A DNA stretch of 58,514 bases, counting the filler, from Basidioascus undulatus (lineage: Eukaryota), in the NCBI GenBank assembly GCA_000826855.1. It is 5 parts of 5 records of this genome, joined end to end, with 100 filler letters (N's around TTAATTAATTAA, not from the genome) between each part and the next. Parts side by side here need not be neighbours in the genome. Positions count along the whole stretch, not along the records: positions 1 to 27,978 come from JTLS01000153.1; 4 more parts are not named here. One strand, given 5' to 3'. Below the pieces are notes generated by a model. That model did not search any database. It had not been told where the DNA came from and was given only the letters and a program-made list of their open reading frames with translations. The stretch's first letter is position 1. Every line of letters begins with the position of its first letter. Positions 1 to 12,440 of the stretch are shown piece by piece. Made by a program: the position numbers and the translations under genes.

Positions 1-540
1 GTGGGCAGTGCTTCCACTGGGTGAGGTATTGCTTCTGACGCCTGTACACCCGTGTGCCGATGATGCGGTCGACTTCGATATTCCACTCCCCAGACTGGAC
101 TGGGGAGGGTCACTTCGTTCCCTCCTAGTTTTGTTCCTGCCGCTGCCTAGCTGAGAACTAAATTGCAATGTCTGACTACTGGGCATACGAAAGGTGCACC
201 TCATGTCAACACGAGCCTCCAACTTCCTATGAAGAAGGCAGACGTGAGGCTCGAAAGAGGGTCTATAAGGGTATATAAAATACTAAAGCTATAACCTGCC
301 GGCCGATTCCTTTCAAACTTGGCGGAAAGAGTGGGAAGTGTTCACCGAGTCCCTCAGCCATTTCCAGCCAATTCGATGGGCAGCGTGCGATTCTACATGA
401 AGTTGGTCCCTGCAAGGTCTGAAAAGAACCTGTAAGGCTCCATCAGGTACTCGTACTCCAAAACAATAATCAGCTGGTCGATTACTTCCAAACTTGGTAG
501 ATTGAGTTGAAAGTGCACAATCTATTCCCATAGCACATTG
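1..540 (-). mobile_element. Decayed Ty3/gypsy (chromovirus) LTR-retrotransposon pol fragment: chromodomain plus probable integrase remnants
   Basis: Reverse complement of 1-87 reads VEY/(+1 nt)/EVDRIIGTRVYRRQKQYLTQWKHCP, matching the chromodomain consensus EYEVE.I...R....QYLVKWKGY. Weaker integrase-like remnants lie upstream (MGIDCALST ~505-531, LPIELAGN ~360-383, GYSFSILY ~273-296) among stops and frameshifts. The chromodomain call is firm; the extension to 540 is tentative. Confidence 0.7.
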
Positions 541-3241
541 AGGCTACGCTCACGTTCCTGCAAGGGCACTTCACCGCGACTACGGAGGGCTGAGGCTGCT
601 CTACCGACTCGTGAGTTGCTCATTTTCCCCCTGTGCCGTCGCTTGATCTCCCACTCAGGCTGTGGAAGTGGCTGACTTGATTATGTTCCGCAGGAACGGA
701 AACACCCTCGACCTCGAGCTCCTTGCTTACCTCCTCACGGGCTACTTCACCTCCTGCTCGGAGGGAACCTGGTGCAGCATCGCGTGCGTCCCCCATCCCC
801 ACCACCGCCTTTCCGGCTCACGCCCTTCCACCGCAACAGTTCCGGTGCGCCCTTCGAATTCCAGCACTTTGCGGCACTCATCAACCTGCAGTACTTCCCA
901 AATGTCAATAGGGAGTCCATTAACGCGTGTGTCCTTACTCCACCAAGTCCAGTCTGTTGCAAAGCAAGGCTGACGTCGCTGAGGCGTCGTAGACATCTTC
1001 TCTCTCGCCTCTTTCCTTTTTTCGTGGGGTCATGCTTCTTTTGCAACCGTTTCTTCGTTCTCTTAGTTGTATCTGATCCCTTCTTCGAGTCATCCCACTC
1101 TTGCTCTAGTTACTCCCCACATTTCTCTGCGTTCCCGCGCGCATTGTGCTATGTATTTCATCCGGATAACATTACTCTCAAATTACATGATATCCATGAG
1201 TATCCCTTTCTTCCTGGTCTGAATTTTCAACGGCCTGCCTAACGCAAATAATAAACCGATCACGTTCTCTTCAGCTTTAACTGGTTCTCTTCAGCTTCGA
1301 CTGCTACCCGGGTGTGTCTTCCCAAAACAGAGCCCCTGAACTTCGGGGTTGATAGATGTTTCCTGGCTTACCCGAAGTCTGAACACTAGAACAAAGAAGA
1401 TATAACTTACAGTGCTGATACTCTCACACTAACACATGATCTGACCGTCCCGTTCTGTATCTGGTGAAACAGACTCAGCAGTATAAAACAAGTACGCTCG
1501 CCTCATTCTCAAGTTTGCCGAAGTAGCAACACAACACCCAGCGTCCAAATGATGAGTGTCGACCTCCCAAACTCTACCACAATGACGCCAAAGGTGTCGT
1601 CCATCTTTGACCTCGATGGACGATGCCGTCCACGCGGGGCGTGAATGTCCCGTCTGACAAACGGCGGGGGTCGAGCTTGAAGAAGGGTGAATTTTGCCCG
1701 AAAAGCCAAACTAAGCAATAATTATTGAAAAAATCTCTTGTGGAAACCGGTTTGGAAACAAGAGCACTCGCTTGCTGAGGTGCTGGGTGTAACACTATGT
1801 TCGGCCTGGACACCCAAGATGGACTTCTTCGGCCTAGTCCTGCCTGTAGTGGAAATGATATTCATGTAAGTAATATTCAGGAAGGGTCTAATTATGAGAG
1901 ACCGACTTGACGTTCGAATTTTTTATTCAGCTGGTCCGGAGGCGGCTTGACCGACCCCAGTCCCCGCGCACCGATGCCGCCCAGGAGCTCCGAGGCACAC
2001 ACCAACCTCATGCACATTGACCCCACCCTGTTTCTTTTGGCTATACAATGCATATGTACTTCATTGGCTCTTTCCTCTTCTTCCTTAAGCGCCGAGAGAC
2101 TTGCAACGCTACGCGAGTGCAATTCACAAAATGCTGCAGGGCTACAGGCTGCAGATCACATACTTGTTGATGATCCCTGTTCACTGAAGAGTGTCTGCTC
2201 TTGAGCAGTTCGTACGTGCGTGTTTGTTCCTAAAGAAAGAGCCTACCCTAGATCTGTGAAGGGTGATATTCGGTGCAGAGTTCCCCATTTATCGTAAATC
2301 AAGAAGCTCCCTATTATTTAAATCCCAATTCGGTTTGTCGACAGTGCTACAGTGGTATAAGTCAGAGAACTGCTGACATGGTGTCTTCTGCAGTCCGATG
2401 GCACGGAGGCCGAATAGCAACCTGTGCTTTCTTGCCTCGAGTGCTGAGATGCGGTGGCCTGTGAGAGACCATAATGGAAATTTTTGCAAAATGTTAGCTG
2501 GGCAGCGGGCAGGCGCCTAGGGTGGGCCACCCTACATTGTTTGCTGCACATCGCCAACTTCCGGATAGCCTGGGCTACTATCTTCCCGAATTTGATGTGA
2601 CCCCTCACTCTATGCGTTCATCGATCGCATTTCATTGGCCTTCCTTTTATGCCATATCTCACGTTCTTCACTTTCTCCTTCTACTTGCGCTTTACGCGTG
2701 TCCGAGACTCGATCTATTTGCACCCTTCTTGAGTTGCCCCGCCTCTGTGCCCCGTACAGCGCAAAGACTCCCCTTAAAAAACACGTGTCCAACTTCCAAA
2801 CTAGTGCTGTAAGGTCGTGAATTCCGCACCTTCCTCTGGGTAAATAGACTGGAGGGTGGGGGACTGAAGTTCTGCTGCCCTCCAAGGTATTGAAGCTAGC
2901 GAGAGTGCATGAGCCGACTTCTTCTCTGCAGTGATAAAAGGTATAAAATACATGTTTAAGATTGGTTTGAGGCATCGGTTGTTGCGGCAGGCAAAGCCGT
3001 TTAAGAATGTTCGACGATTTGGCGTTTTGCTGATTACCTGAGTACCGCGGATGGCGCAGGGTGTCCGTCCCCAATCACCGCCGTCTTGCCTCACAGATCG
3101 CCCTTGCCTGTTGACCGACTTCGCGCCGCCACACGCTCGGCTCGATTCGCTCTTTCCCTCAATTCCCATCCCTCACACCACACAACCGCATAGCGCCCCC
3201 GACCCCGCACCTTACGCGTTCTTCGACGAGCTCTGCCCGAC

Positions 3242-6200
3242 ATGGCGCAGCGCAAGCTCCAGAGTCGGTTGCGCCTTCCCAGGCCTCCCGGCCGCGGCGA
3301 GGACCCCGAGACTGATGAGTGTCGGGCGGGGAATGGCAGCCGAGGTGGATAGGACCTTGAAGAAGGTCGCGGAGGGTGTCGAGCTGTTCGAGAACATGTA
3401 CGACAAGCTACAGGTACGCCAGTCTGCTCGTCTGTCTCCCTTGAGTCTCTTGCGGCTGACGCGGTGCCTTGCGCAGCAATCGACGAACCAAACGCAGAAG
3501 GAGAAGCTTGAGGTCGATCTCAAGACGCAGATGTGTGTTCGAACGGGCTCTTTGGCAGGGCTAGAGTGAGCGCTGATCAAGTCTGGGACGCGTGAGCAGC
3601 AAGAAGCTGCAACGGTTACGCGACTCGATCAAGGGCTGGATCGCGTCGAGCGATATCAAGGACAAGACGGACTTGATGGCTAATCGAAAGCTCATCGAGA
3701 CTGTGAGTCACCGCTTTCTGAGCGCGGCGCCGGGGGTTCCCGAGGCGAGGTCGCGCGAGCAATTGGACGGTGTGGGAGGAGATGCAGTGGATGAGGAAGC
3801 CTGGAAGTGTTACTGGAGACTCGGGCTATTTGATGTTTCCACGAGCTGTGGACTGAGCTCCGCCACATCGTACCTCTGCTAGTCGCACGAGCATCCACTG
3901 ACGCACCCCGCCGCACAGCAAATGGAAAAGTTCAAGGCGTGCGAGAAGGAGATGAAGACCAAGGCCTTCTCCAAAGAGGGTCTCATCGCCGCCGCCCGTC
4001 TCGACCCGAAGGAGCAGGCCAAGAACGACTGCGCAGCCTGGATCACCAACTTCGTCGATGAGCTCGGCCGACAGATCGAGGCGTCCGAGGCCGAGGTCGA
4101 GCAGATCCAGGGCTCGGCGGGGAAGCGGAGCAAAAAGTCGGGCGCTGTCGCCGAGCGCGTCAGCGAACTCGAGCACCTCAACGACCGCCGACGGTGGCAT
4201 TCGAGCAGACTCGAGCTCATCCTGCGACTGCTCGAGAACGGGCAGTTGTCCCCAGACAGAATCGGTGGAATCAAGGATGACATCGCGTACTTTGCCGAGT
4301 CCAATACAGTGCGTCCCGTCTCTCTTGCACCTCAGTCGTGCGTTGAGGTGATTCGCTTATACGAGGGGTTGGAGCAGGAGGAGGACTTCGAGGAGGACGA
4401 GGGCATCTACGACGAGCTCAACCTCGACGAGGAGGAGGACGCGTATGGCATGGGCGACCAAGACATCCAGAGCTCGCATGACTCGGTTTCTGTAGCGGAG
4501 CGTGCGTTTCGCACACAAACATCCGCTTGCTGCATCCCAGCACTCACTATTTCATCTTGATGCGCAGCTGAACCTCTACCGCCTACGCCCGTCAAGGCTC
4601 CCCCAACGAAGCCGAGTCGAACGGCATCACAGGACGATGATCATCCTACGCCGAGCAAGAAGACGCCGTCACGGAGTGTGTCCCGTCCTGCCCTTCTGGC
4701 TCTGCGCACGCAACGCTGACTGATCTGGACATCGCAGAATCTACCGCCGAGCCGAAGCCTGAACGTACGGCGCAAGAGCTTGAAGTCTGTCACCCGCCTC
4801 CGATACTAACCTGGACTGTTCCTGCAGCTCCCAAGCCGATCCCCGCCCCGAACTTCTCCCAGCAGCCCATGTCCTCCGCGCTCAAGGCCGGCTTGACCTC
4901 ACCCCCTATTGCCAATGCCGTACCGACCGGTCCCCGACCCACGACGACAGCCGCGCCGATGCCGACGATCCGCTACGCCACTGCTGCCGCTGCTGCCGTC
5001 TCGCAACCTTCTGCGCAAGCACCTGCCGCTGTGGCACCGCCTACGCCGACCATGTCTTCCGCTTCCGCACAGCCGAGCTCAGGCGCCAGCGAAATGAGCT
5101 CGCCTGTTCCTGCAAGCGCCGTGCCTCCAAGCCCCAGTCCGCCAGAGAGCATTGCGAAGCCGAGTCCGCCACCTGGGATCAGCGTCCCGCAACCGCTGCC
5201 GGCGCAGGCGTTGCCGTCACCCACTGCACCGGGTAGGATATTTTGAAGTCGCCCCGCCGCCGATTCTCGACTGACGCAAAACCTCCCGGAAAGGGCTTTC
5301 TCCCGTATCGCAGACCGCCACGCAAGGTCCTCCTCCAGGCGTACCGCAGACGAACGTGCGCGTGTCTTGCTGGGTATCACACATTCCTATACTGACGCGC
5401 TGCTCTGTGATTAGGGGCAGTACCAGCCGGACGGTTTGCACCCGCCCAGCGCGACCGACTCGGCGTCGCTCCCCTACCCTGGGCTGTCTTCCGCTTCCGT
5501 CCCTCCCACGACGCCCTCGCTCAGCAACGCCGCGCCCTCCGCCGCGTCCGCGCAAGCCTCTCCCGCGCGGCCGCAGATCTCGTCCGGCTTGCCAAGCGTG
5601 CTTGCGGATCTGGCAGCCTCGTTCGAGTCGGCTAAGCAGAAGTGTGAGTGATGGTCTCCACATGCTCTTCGCTGCCATGCCGCTTCTTTCAACTGAACTT
5701 TGCTATTCTCTTTGAACGCAGCTGTGAGCAACGGCACGAACGTCGGCCGACTGCACCAGGTCTTGGAGAGCAGCTTCATGAACGTACCGGAGCCTAGTGA
5801 CGCGGACAAGTACGTTCGATTTTGTTTTCCCGAAACAGAGCGTGTTCTGATTGTTGCGGTTCACACCTAGGCCGAAGTACTACGTCCCCAAAAACCCATA
5901 CCCGGCACCGCCGTACTACCCGCAGGCGCCCCGCAAGGAGCTCGAGAACCCGGCGGTGTTCGGAAAGATGGACACGGACACGCTCTTCTTCTGCTTCTAC
6001 TTCCTTCAGGTGCGTGCCTTCGCACCGATCACCTAGCTGACACTTTGACTGACAGCCGTATCTGGATGTAGGGCACTTACGCACAGTCTGTCTCACGCGA
6101 CGTCTCGTTGTGGGCATGGAAGATACTAACCATGGTGTGCATTGCCAGGTATCTTGCTGCGCGAGAGCTGAAGAAGCAGAGCTGGCGCTTCCACAAGTTG

Positions 6201-6541
6201 TACTTGACGTGGTACGCTTTCGTTGCGCAACGATTTTTTGTTCGCGCTTTAGCTCACGACCTGGATTCAGGTTCCAACGGCATGCTGAGCCTACGACTAT
6301 CACGGACGAGTACGAGGAGGGCGCGTACATCTGTGAGTACACGTGCGCATCGCATAGCTGCAGGCGAAGCTAACGGCAGATTGCATCGTGCACAGACTTC
6401 GACTGGGAAGGCTCCTGGTGCGAGCGGAAGAAGTCCCATTTCCGGTTCGACTATGTACATCTGGAGGTGCGTTGCTTCATCAGAGGTCTTGTTTCCGGCA
6501 AACGCTCACGCATGGGGATATCTCAGGACTCTTTGCAATGA
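3242..6541 (+). CDS. NOT3: CCR4-NOT complex subunit Not3/Not5 (CNOT3), multi-exon
   Basis: Spliced N-terminus [25 protein letters not shown]...[10 protein letters not shown]...[13 protein letters not shown]...[21 protein letters not shown]. Pro/Ser-rich linker. C-terminal NOT box [10 protein letters not shown]...DTLFFCFY...[16 protein letters not shown]...[12 protein letters not shown]...DSLQ*, with stop at 6539-6541. Confidence 0.96.
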
Positions 6542-6787
6542 GCGCGGATGCGTACCCGCTCCTTTTGCCCTTTCCACTTCGCCACAATGTGTATTGTAGT
6601 TCTCTTTTCAGAATCTTATCATAAGCGTATCTTGTGTCCGTGGTCCCATGGGTAAAAGCCATTAATGGCAGCACTCATCGAGTCATGATTCGAGTTCTTC
6701 ACATCGCAGCTACCTCGTCAACCTGACACGCCTTCATCTCATTGTCGCTTCACATGTTCGAACACCTCCCTGCCATGCAGCATGGAC

Positions 6788-7365
6788 CTAGGGCTTCTGC
6801 GTCAAGGCCTCCGGGTCGCCTAGCTCCTTCTCCTGTTTCGACATCCATTCGATTAACGATGTATTCCCTCAGCTCACATCGCACAAAGGAGAACCCGCTC
6901 ACCAATCTGTCCGCGCCGGCCGTCAAGCCGCTTATGTCGGCGGTCTTGGGCTCCCTCTTGATATCTGGCGCAAGAACTTACCCCGGTCAGCCGCAGTCAA
7001 ACGCCCCTTGGCAAGGGACATAGTCGCTGTACCGCGAACTTACCGTACCCAGCGAAAGACTGATCGTCGGCCGCGTGCACCCTGAGCGCAATGTCGATGT
7101 TTTCCCTCGTGCGTCCCTTGAACTTGCGTCCACCGGGCGCGGGTAGATCCTCCTCGGCGTTCACCGTCGCGTGCATCTCGGACAGAAACTGCCTGTACCG
7201 CGCGATGGCGAGGTCGACATGCGGCCGAATGGGCTCGCCTACGAACGCCTCAGCGTCCCCCGCTGGCACGTCCGCCTCCGGCGCCGAGACGGGAAAATGG
7301 TCTGACCGGATGTGAGGCTCGTTTAGATGCGAGAAGTGCGTGTCGTATGCGTGTTTGAAGGACAT
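6788..7365 (-). CDS. Small hypothetical protein (about 150 aa, 3 exons)
   Basis: ATG at 7365 (MSFKHAYDTHFSHLNEPH...) with coding-like codon bias. Two GT-AG introns splice in frame to ...FAGYDIKREPKTADISGLTAGADRLEKELGDPEALTQKP*, stop at 6788-6790. No recognised domain. Confidence 0.6.
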
Positions 7366-8979
7366 GTTGGCAAGGCTCGGGAAGCAATGGCACAATGAGA
7401 GCGATGAACGATAAGCGGGGAGTGAGGGCTGAGTGCTATGAACACTTGGAGTTTCGGCCGATCCCTAGCGCTATGTAAGAATGCGAGGGCGGCGGCGTCG
7501 GCGAGCAGATGCGTTGCGGTCATTAGCACGTCGAGATGCAGGAGGCAGCTCGTTGCCTGGGTGCATTAAGCTTTCAAGACCGCGTCACTCTTCCATCGCT
7601 CACGACCGCCAGGTGCGTCCAGTAAGTTTTAAGCAGCAAAGAAAATTCGTCCATTGTATTTACTGCTCTTTATGTCTCACTGACTGGTTATCAACAGCAT
7701 AGCAGATAAAGGTTGTACCAAATGGCATTCCTATATGTGTCGTGTTGAATTGATTCGTATTGACCGACAGGTAGTTATGATTGTTATGTCGTGTTGGCAT
7801 TGCCCTTGTCCCGTTTGTGCCGTGAGCTCACTTGCGCTCTCCCTCTTCCATGTTTCAGGTGTTCATCTGGATCAGCAAGCCAGGTGAGTCACTCCATCTT
7901 AATAGCAGAAGGGGGCACTTTGTTATACGGGGATACGGGTGTGTGTGGGTACGTCCCGGCCTGTGTGGGTGTTCCCAACGCCCGATGACGCTGGTGGGAA
8001 GGATGCTTGACCCCTGTACATTTACATGAGACAACATCTAGAATACATTGCTTTTGAGAAGCATATTGCTATTAGAAAGGCTGCAATGCAAATGCGAAGC
8101 GAGGTCTCAAAACCATACCAATTTGTATCAATAGTAATGCACCGTTAGAATGTCTGGATTGAAAATTGCTATCCATCTACAATTGCCAGCGTGCGTGAAC
8201 CCATAGAGAATGCTATGCTTTGTGGCAGTACTTAGTTTTCCTACCCTGTTTGATGGAATGGTCCATATTAGGCAGCATTCCAATTTATTAGTCTTTCACC
8301 CGTGGAACGTTTCCGTCGCCTTCAAAAGGACTGACAGGCTGCCAAATTGTGGCTTGGACTCAAGCTGTGCTGCAAGGAATTCCCGAGGGCCGCGCAAGCA
8401 ACTGCTAAGAGCGGGGCCAACTGGCAATTCTCGCACGGATACCGGGAATTCCTCCCGCCACTTCTACTTGTCCGCTGGGAAAGTACAGAACAAACCCTGC
8501 TCAGGCGTGCTTTATCAAATTATGATTCCAATATCCCCTTTCTGTTAGAATCACGGCTGTCGGCATAGCTTCTGGGCGCAAAGAAGAGAAAGGAAGCCGG
8601 AGACGACAGATCTAGAGGTGTAGGCCGTGGAAATGTTAAACAGTCGGATGTAAAGCTAGCACAATAGCCCTTCTCAAGTTTGAAGTGGGATATGTGCCAG
8701 TGCCGATGCTGGGACAAGGGCGTCTGCACCTTCCATTTCTCATTTTTATTTTGAGCTCCTGCAGCGGCGACATGCCTGCTCAACGCGTGAGCGCCAAATA
8801 CTACCATAGCTGGGAGTGCATGTACGGCTGGGAACAGGCACATAATAACTGGGCATAGTTTGCTTATTAAAACAAGCAATAGGTCATTTGCGTACATGAT
8901 CCGCGCATTTGACCGCACACTTGAGCCACCAAGTCAGCCGGACCGACGGTATCATCCCGCCACGCCCACCATGCGCCGC

Positions 8980-10000
8980 CACACGCAAGCTGGGAGGCCT
9001 CCTTCCCTCTTTCCCCTGGACTTTACCATAGGTCACGAATAGTTTTCACCTCTCCCGCTCCCTCCGCAACCGCCGGTGCTCAGTTGCGCGCGCCTCGATA
9101 GCCGCACCTCCTGCTATGGGTTCGCGACCGCCCTTCCGCCCGCGCTCACGGAGATCTTGAGGCCAACATTCAGTTGATGCTCACAGTCTCTGAGTGTGTG
9201 TGGGCAGGTGGACTGCTTTTTCCAAATTCAACGCTCACGCTTCTCTCAGCTTGGGAAATGTAGTGCGCTGGAAGACGTATGGGCAGGGAGGGATCGGAGT
9301 GCGAGGAGTCAAGGTGCACAAAGCAGGCTGGTCATTCCCTCAGACTTCGGATAGGAATCTCCTCCTTTTTATACACCTCCCACACCTTCTACAACGCATC
9401 CCGATGCCTCCCGCCCCTCTCCCATGCACCCCACACCCTCCCCAGCTTGCTGTGCTCCCGCTTCTCGTACCCTTCCCAACCGCCTTCACTGAGCATCTTC
9501 CTACTCACCCTCCGCTCTCACAGACATACAGGTTGCTCCCTTCACTTACACCAGCAGGGCTAACCGCAAAGGGTGCATACAGACTCCCTGGAAGGGACGT
9601 GAGAGCCCAGATGACTGCGCTTCTCCACTCCTCCCGTTGCCGCTCTGCCTCTGTCATCTCCTCGCATCAAAACCGCACCTCTGCCTCTTCACATCTCCGA
9701 ACCATCATTTCAAGCATTAAACTATTGCCTGTCGACCCTCACCACACGTTCTGTACTCCCCACAGCCCTCCCCACCTTCGTTCTTCCTCACCCACCTCCT
9801 CCCCCCTTTCCCTGCTGCCCCCGCTCCCCCAGGCCTCGGACTGATTTCTCTTTCCCTAAAAACAGCCCCGACACTCTCAGGAACACGATCCGATGCCCCC
9901 CGTTCATCTCCTTTCATGCCGCACGCTTGAGAGCTTGCTTCACCTCTGCGCCTCCCCCCTCCCCTCCCCCATTCCTTCGCCTCCGGTCGCCTCTCTCCCT
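8980..10000 (+). mobile_element. Decayed non-LTR retrotransposon (LINE, L1/Tx1-like) ORF2 C-terminal region
   Basis: Ordered remnants across frameshifts and stops: RKLGGLLP (~8984; cf. KYLGLPL), SLRNR..VAR (~9060; cf. SLAGR..L), SRTSCYGFATALP (~9100), CVWAG (9195; cf. FLWGG), AWEM*C / GQGGIGVRGV (~9250-9310; cf. W..VC.PK..GGLG.RD), LTAKGAYRL (~9560; cf. zf-RVT FSVKSAY.LL), HLLSC (9905). The + strand is strongly C-rich. Confidence 0.55.
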
Positions 10001-10979
10001 CCTCATTGGCTCATTGCTCCCCCGTTTAAGTTGTCCCTTGTCCCCGCTCTGCGGCTGCGCGCTCCTCCCTTCTGGGCTCCTAGGCTCCTGCACTCCTGTT
10101 TTTGTTCTTGGCATCCTTCCCTGCTCCCATCTGCTCCAGCCCTCCTATCATTGTTCCCCGGATCATGCTTGCCTTTAACCACGCCATCTCCTTTTACCTT
10201 TCTCGCTGTACATCCACTCCCTACTGCGCTTCTTTAATTGTCGGCTCTTCGGCTCTTCAGCTCCCCCTCTCCCTGCCCACCTACCCCGCCTTCCCCCGAC
10301 CTTCCCCCTTTCCTGTTCCTCCTACTTTTCTATTCGACTTGATAACATGTGATTCTTTCAATTTGAAGTCGAAAGGCATAGCTGCAGCATCCCTATTCAG
10401 CAGGAGGAATGAGGTGTGGCTTACCTCAGGATTGCCAGTGATGATAGCAGCTTGGGGATGACTAGAATGCCAGAGTTAGGTATAATTATATTGATCTGAA
10501 GGAATGGTCCTCAAGTTTCAGCAGAGCCTGCAAACTTGCGACTTGAGGTTGAATGATGGGCGTCGGATACTGTGCACTGCTTGCTCCGCAGGCAGGTGGG
10601 TCTTCATGGTTACTGTGCTCTCTTCGAGCATCATGAGCATGAAACCTTGAGCGGAGATCATTAAATTCCTCTCCACATTCGGATTTACACCACACTGAAT
10701 CTGATCTGCCGAGTCCGCGCAGCCACTGGCAGCGACAGCACTAATCATCGCCAACAAGGGTACCTACTCCACTTTGATGTGCGGAAAGATGGAAAGAAAC
10801 CATCGACCATCGACATACCTTAAGACGTCGGATTGTCTATCTTGACAGGCTCGACAGGTGTTCGACACGGTGCCTTGTGCCTGAGAAGGCCTGAGCCAAC
10901 CTTGGCTTGCAGACGACCAACTTCCAATTGGCCAGTCACGCTCTGCTCTCCTTTCCTGTTCCTAAACCATCACAATCCC

Positions 10980-12440
10980 ATGCTCTCCCTCGCAGAGCTC
11001 TGTTCCCAACTCCCCCTCATAATCGCGACTGTCGGCGGCACCTGGGGCACTCGCACCTGAGCCTGCGCGTCTGGCTCGCCGTCTCTCGAGCCGAGGGCCC
11101 ACCGCCCGACGCAAGCCGTGTCTCCAGCGTTTGACCTGGAAAGTCGCCCTCAAGGCGCTCGCATTCATTGCGATCCTCAGCCTCATCTTCGCTGTCATGT
11201 TTCTTGGGTTCAGCTTTTTACACCCGGGTGCGAGTGGGGCGCTCTCGGACAACCTCTGCCTCACCGTACTGCTGGGCCTGATTTTCGTGCGTCTTGATGC
11301 TCAACCTATACTGTTTATGTATGGACGGCTAACAAGATCCTCTAGTGAATAGCAACATGTGTCTCGCGCCTTCTTGGATCGCATCTTCCAGCTGTCGCAC
11401 GCTCTGTCACTCGCACGGTCCACGGCAGTACGTAGACACTTCGCTCTCTGCCCACTCACACTGGCCTAACCTCCCAACAATCACCACAGCTCTGCGCTTT
11501 GTTACGAGCTACCCTCCGATGGGTGCCGACCGTACTACGCTCACTCGCTTTTTCATCATCTTCGCCGCGCTAGCCTTCGCCGCGTGTGCTTTGATCTTTC
11601 ACAACTGGACACTCGTTGAAAGTCTCCTGCGCCTCGTACTCGTGTTTTCTACACCCTTCACCACGGCAGGCAAACCGACCAATGTTAAATGGAATGTCTT
11701 CATGATGCTGGTGACGCAGGTGAGTCAATTCACTCCTGTTCATTCTGTTCAACTGCACGCTGCTGAACTCAAGGACATATGTCCTTTTATTTCAGCTCGC
11801 AGTCCTTTCGTATGGGGCCTACCAGTTCTCTGCCAACCCCTCTCCTTTCGAGCAGGTCTTGGATGGCATTCATGTTTATCTACAACGGCACAACCCTGGA
11901 GCTGCCAGTCAACCTGATCCACGATGTTTACTTGCACACGTTCTCCTCCTTGATATTCGCTATCCTCGCCTCTTTCGCAGCACTCGCATACCGCCTCGAT
12001 TACTCGCTCTCGGATAGGACAGCGCCTGCTGAGTCTTTCCCTCTGGTCAGAGAGTCAGAGCAGCAGACCAACACCCAGGTTAGCCGGTCAGTCTCTCGAT
12101 CCCGCACAGGCTACCTGATTTCTCCTTCCCGAAGCTGTACTTCCACGCTGTAGTGGCCTCGACCGCCCTTGCAATGCCCTGCTGGTCACTCTTCTTCCCA
12201 CCCACGCTGGCATCCAGCTCCGGTCAATCGACCGGCATGTTCCTTGTCTCGATGCTTGCACTCTTCGTCACTAACCCCCTTGTTGCCTTGGCATTCGCAT
12301 TCGTCGCACCTGTCTGCAGCGAGTCCGCTAAGATCTGGTCATACTGCAAAGACTGGCTTGTCTCTTGTCCGGTGCAGGCGATGCCAACCGATGTTGACGA
12401 GGCTGAAAAGGGTGAGAAGGAGTCGCCGCTTCTTCTTTAG
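10980..12440 (+). pseudogene. Frameshifted, divergent signal peptide peptidase (A22B/presenilin-type) paralog lacking catalytic motifs
   Basis: Multi-TM intron-containing gene with SPP-like segments in order: LGHSHLSL, HNWTL, LAVLSYGAYQFS (cf. LFFYDIFWVF), TTLELPVNL (cf. T.LD.PIKL), ALAYRLDYSL (cf. ALALRFDY), LYFHAVVAS, LALFVTNP (cf. PALLYL.P), SESAKIWSY (cf. GE...LW.Y). Frame breaks near 11040, 11130, 11346-11520 and 11840. Confidence 0.65.

Noticed and set aside
3703..3918. Longer introns in NOT3, MOB1 and the WHIM-like gene as possible C/D snoRNA hosts
   Set aside because: No canonical RTGATGA box C with terminal stem and no convincing rRNA-complementary guide were seen. An Infernal/snoscan search would be needed.
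7845..8037. FHVS peptide, purine run and TGTT...AACA suggesting the end of an LTR element
   Set aside because: The motifs are too short and no other pol landmarks were found nearby.
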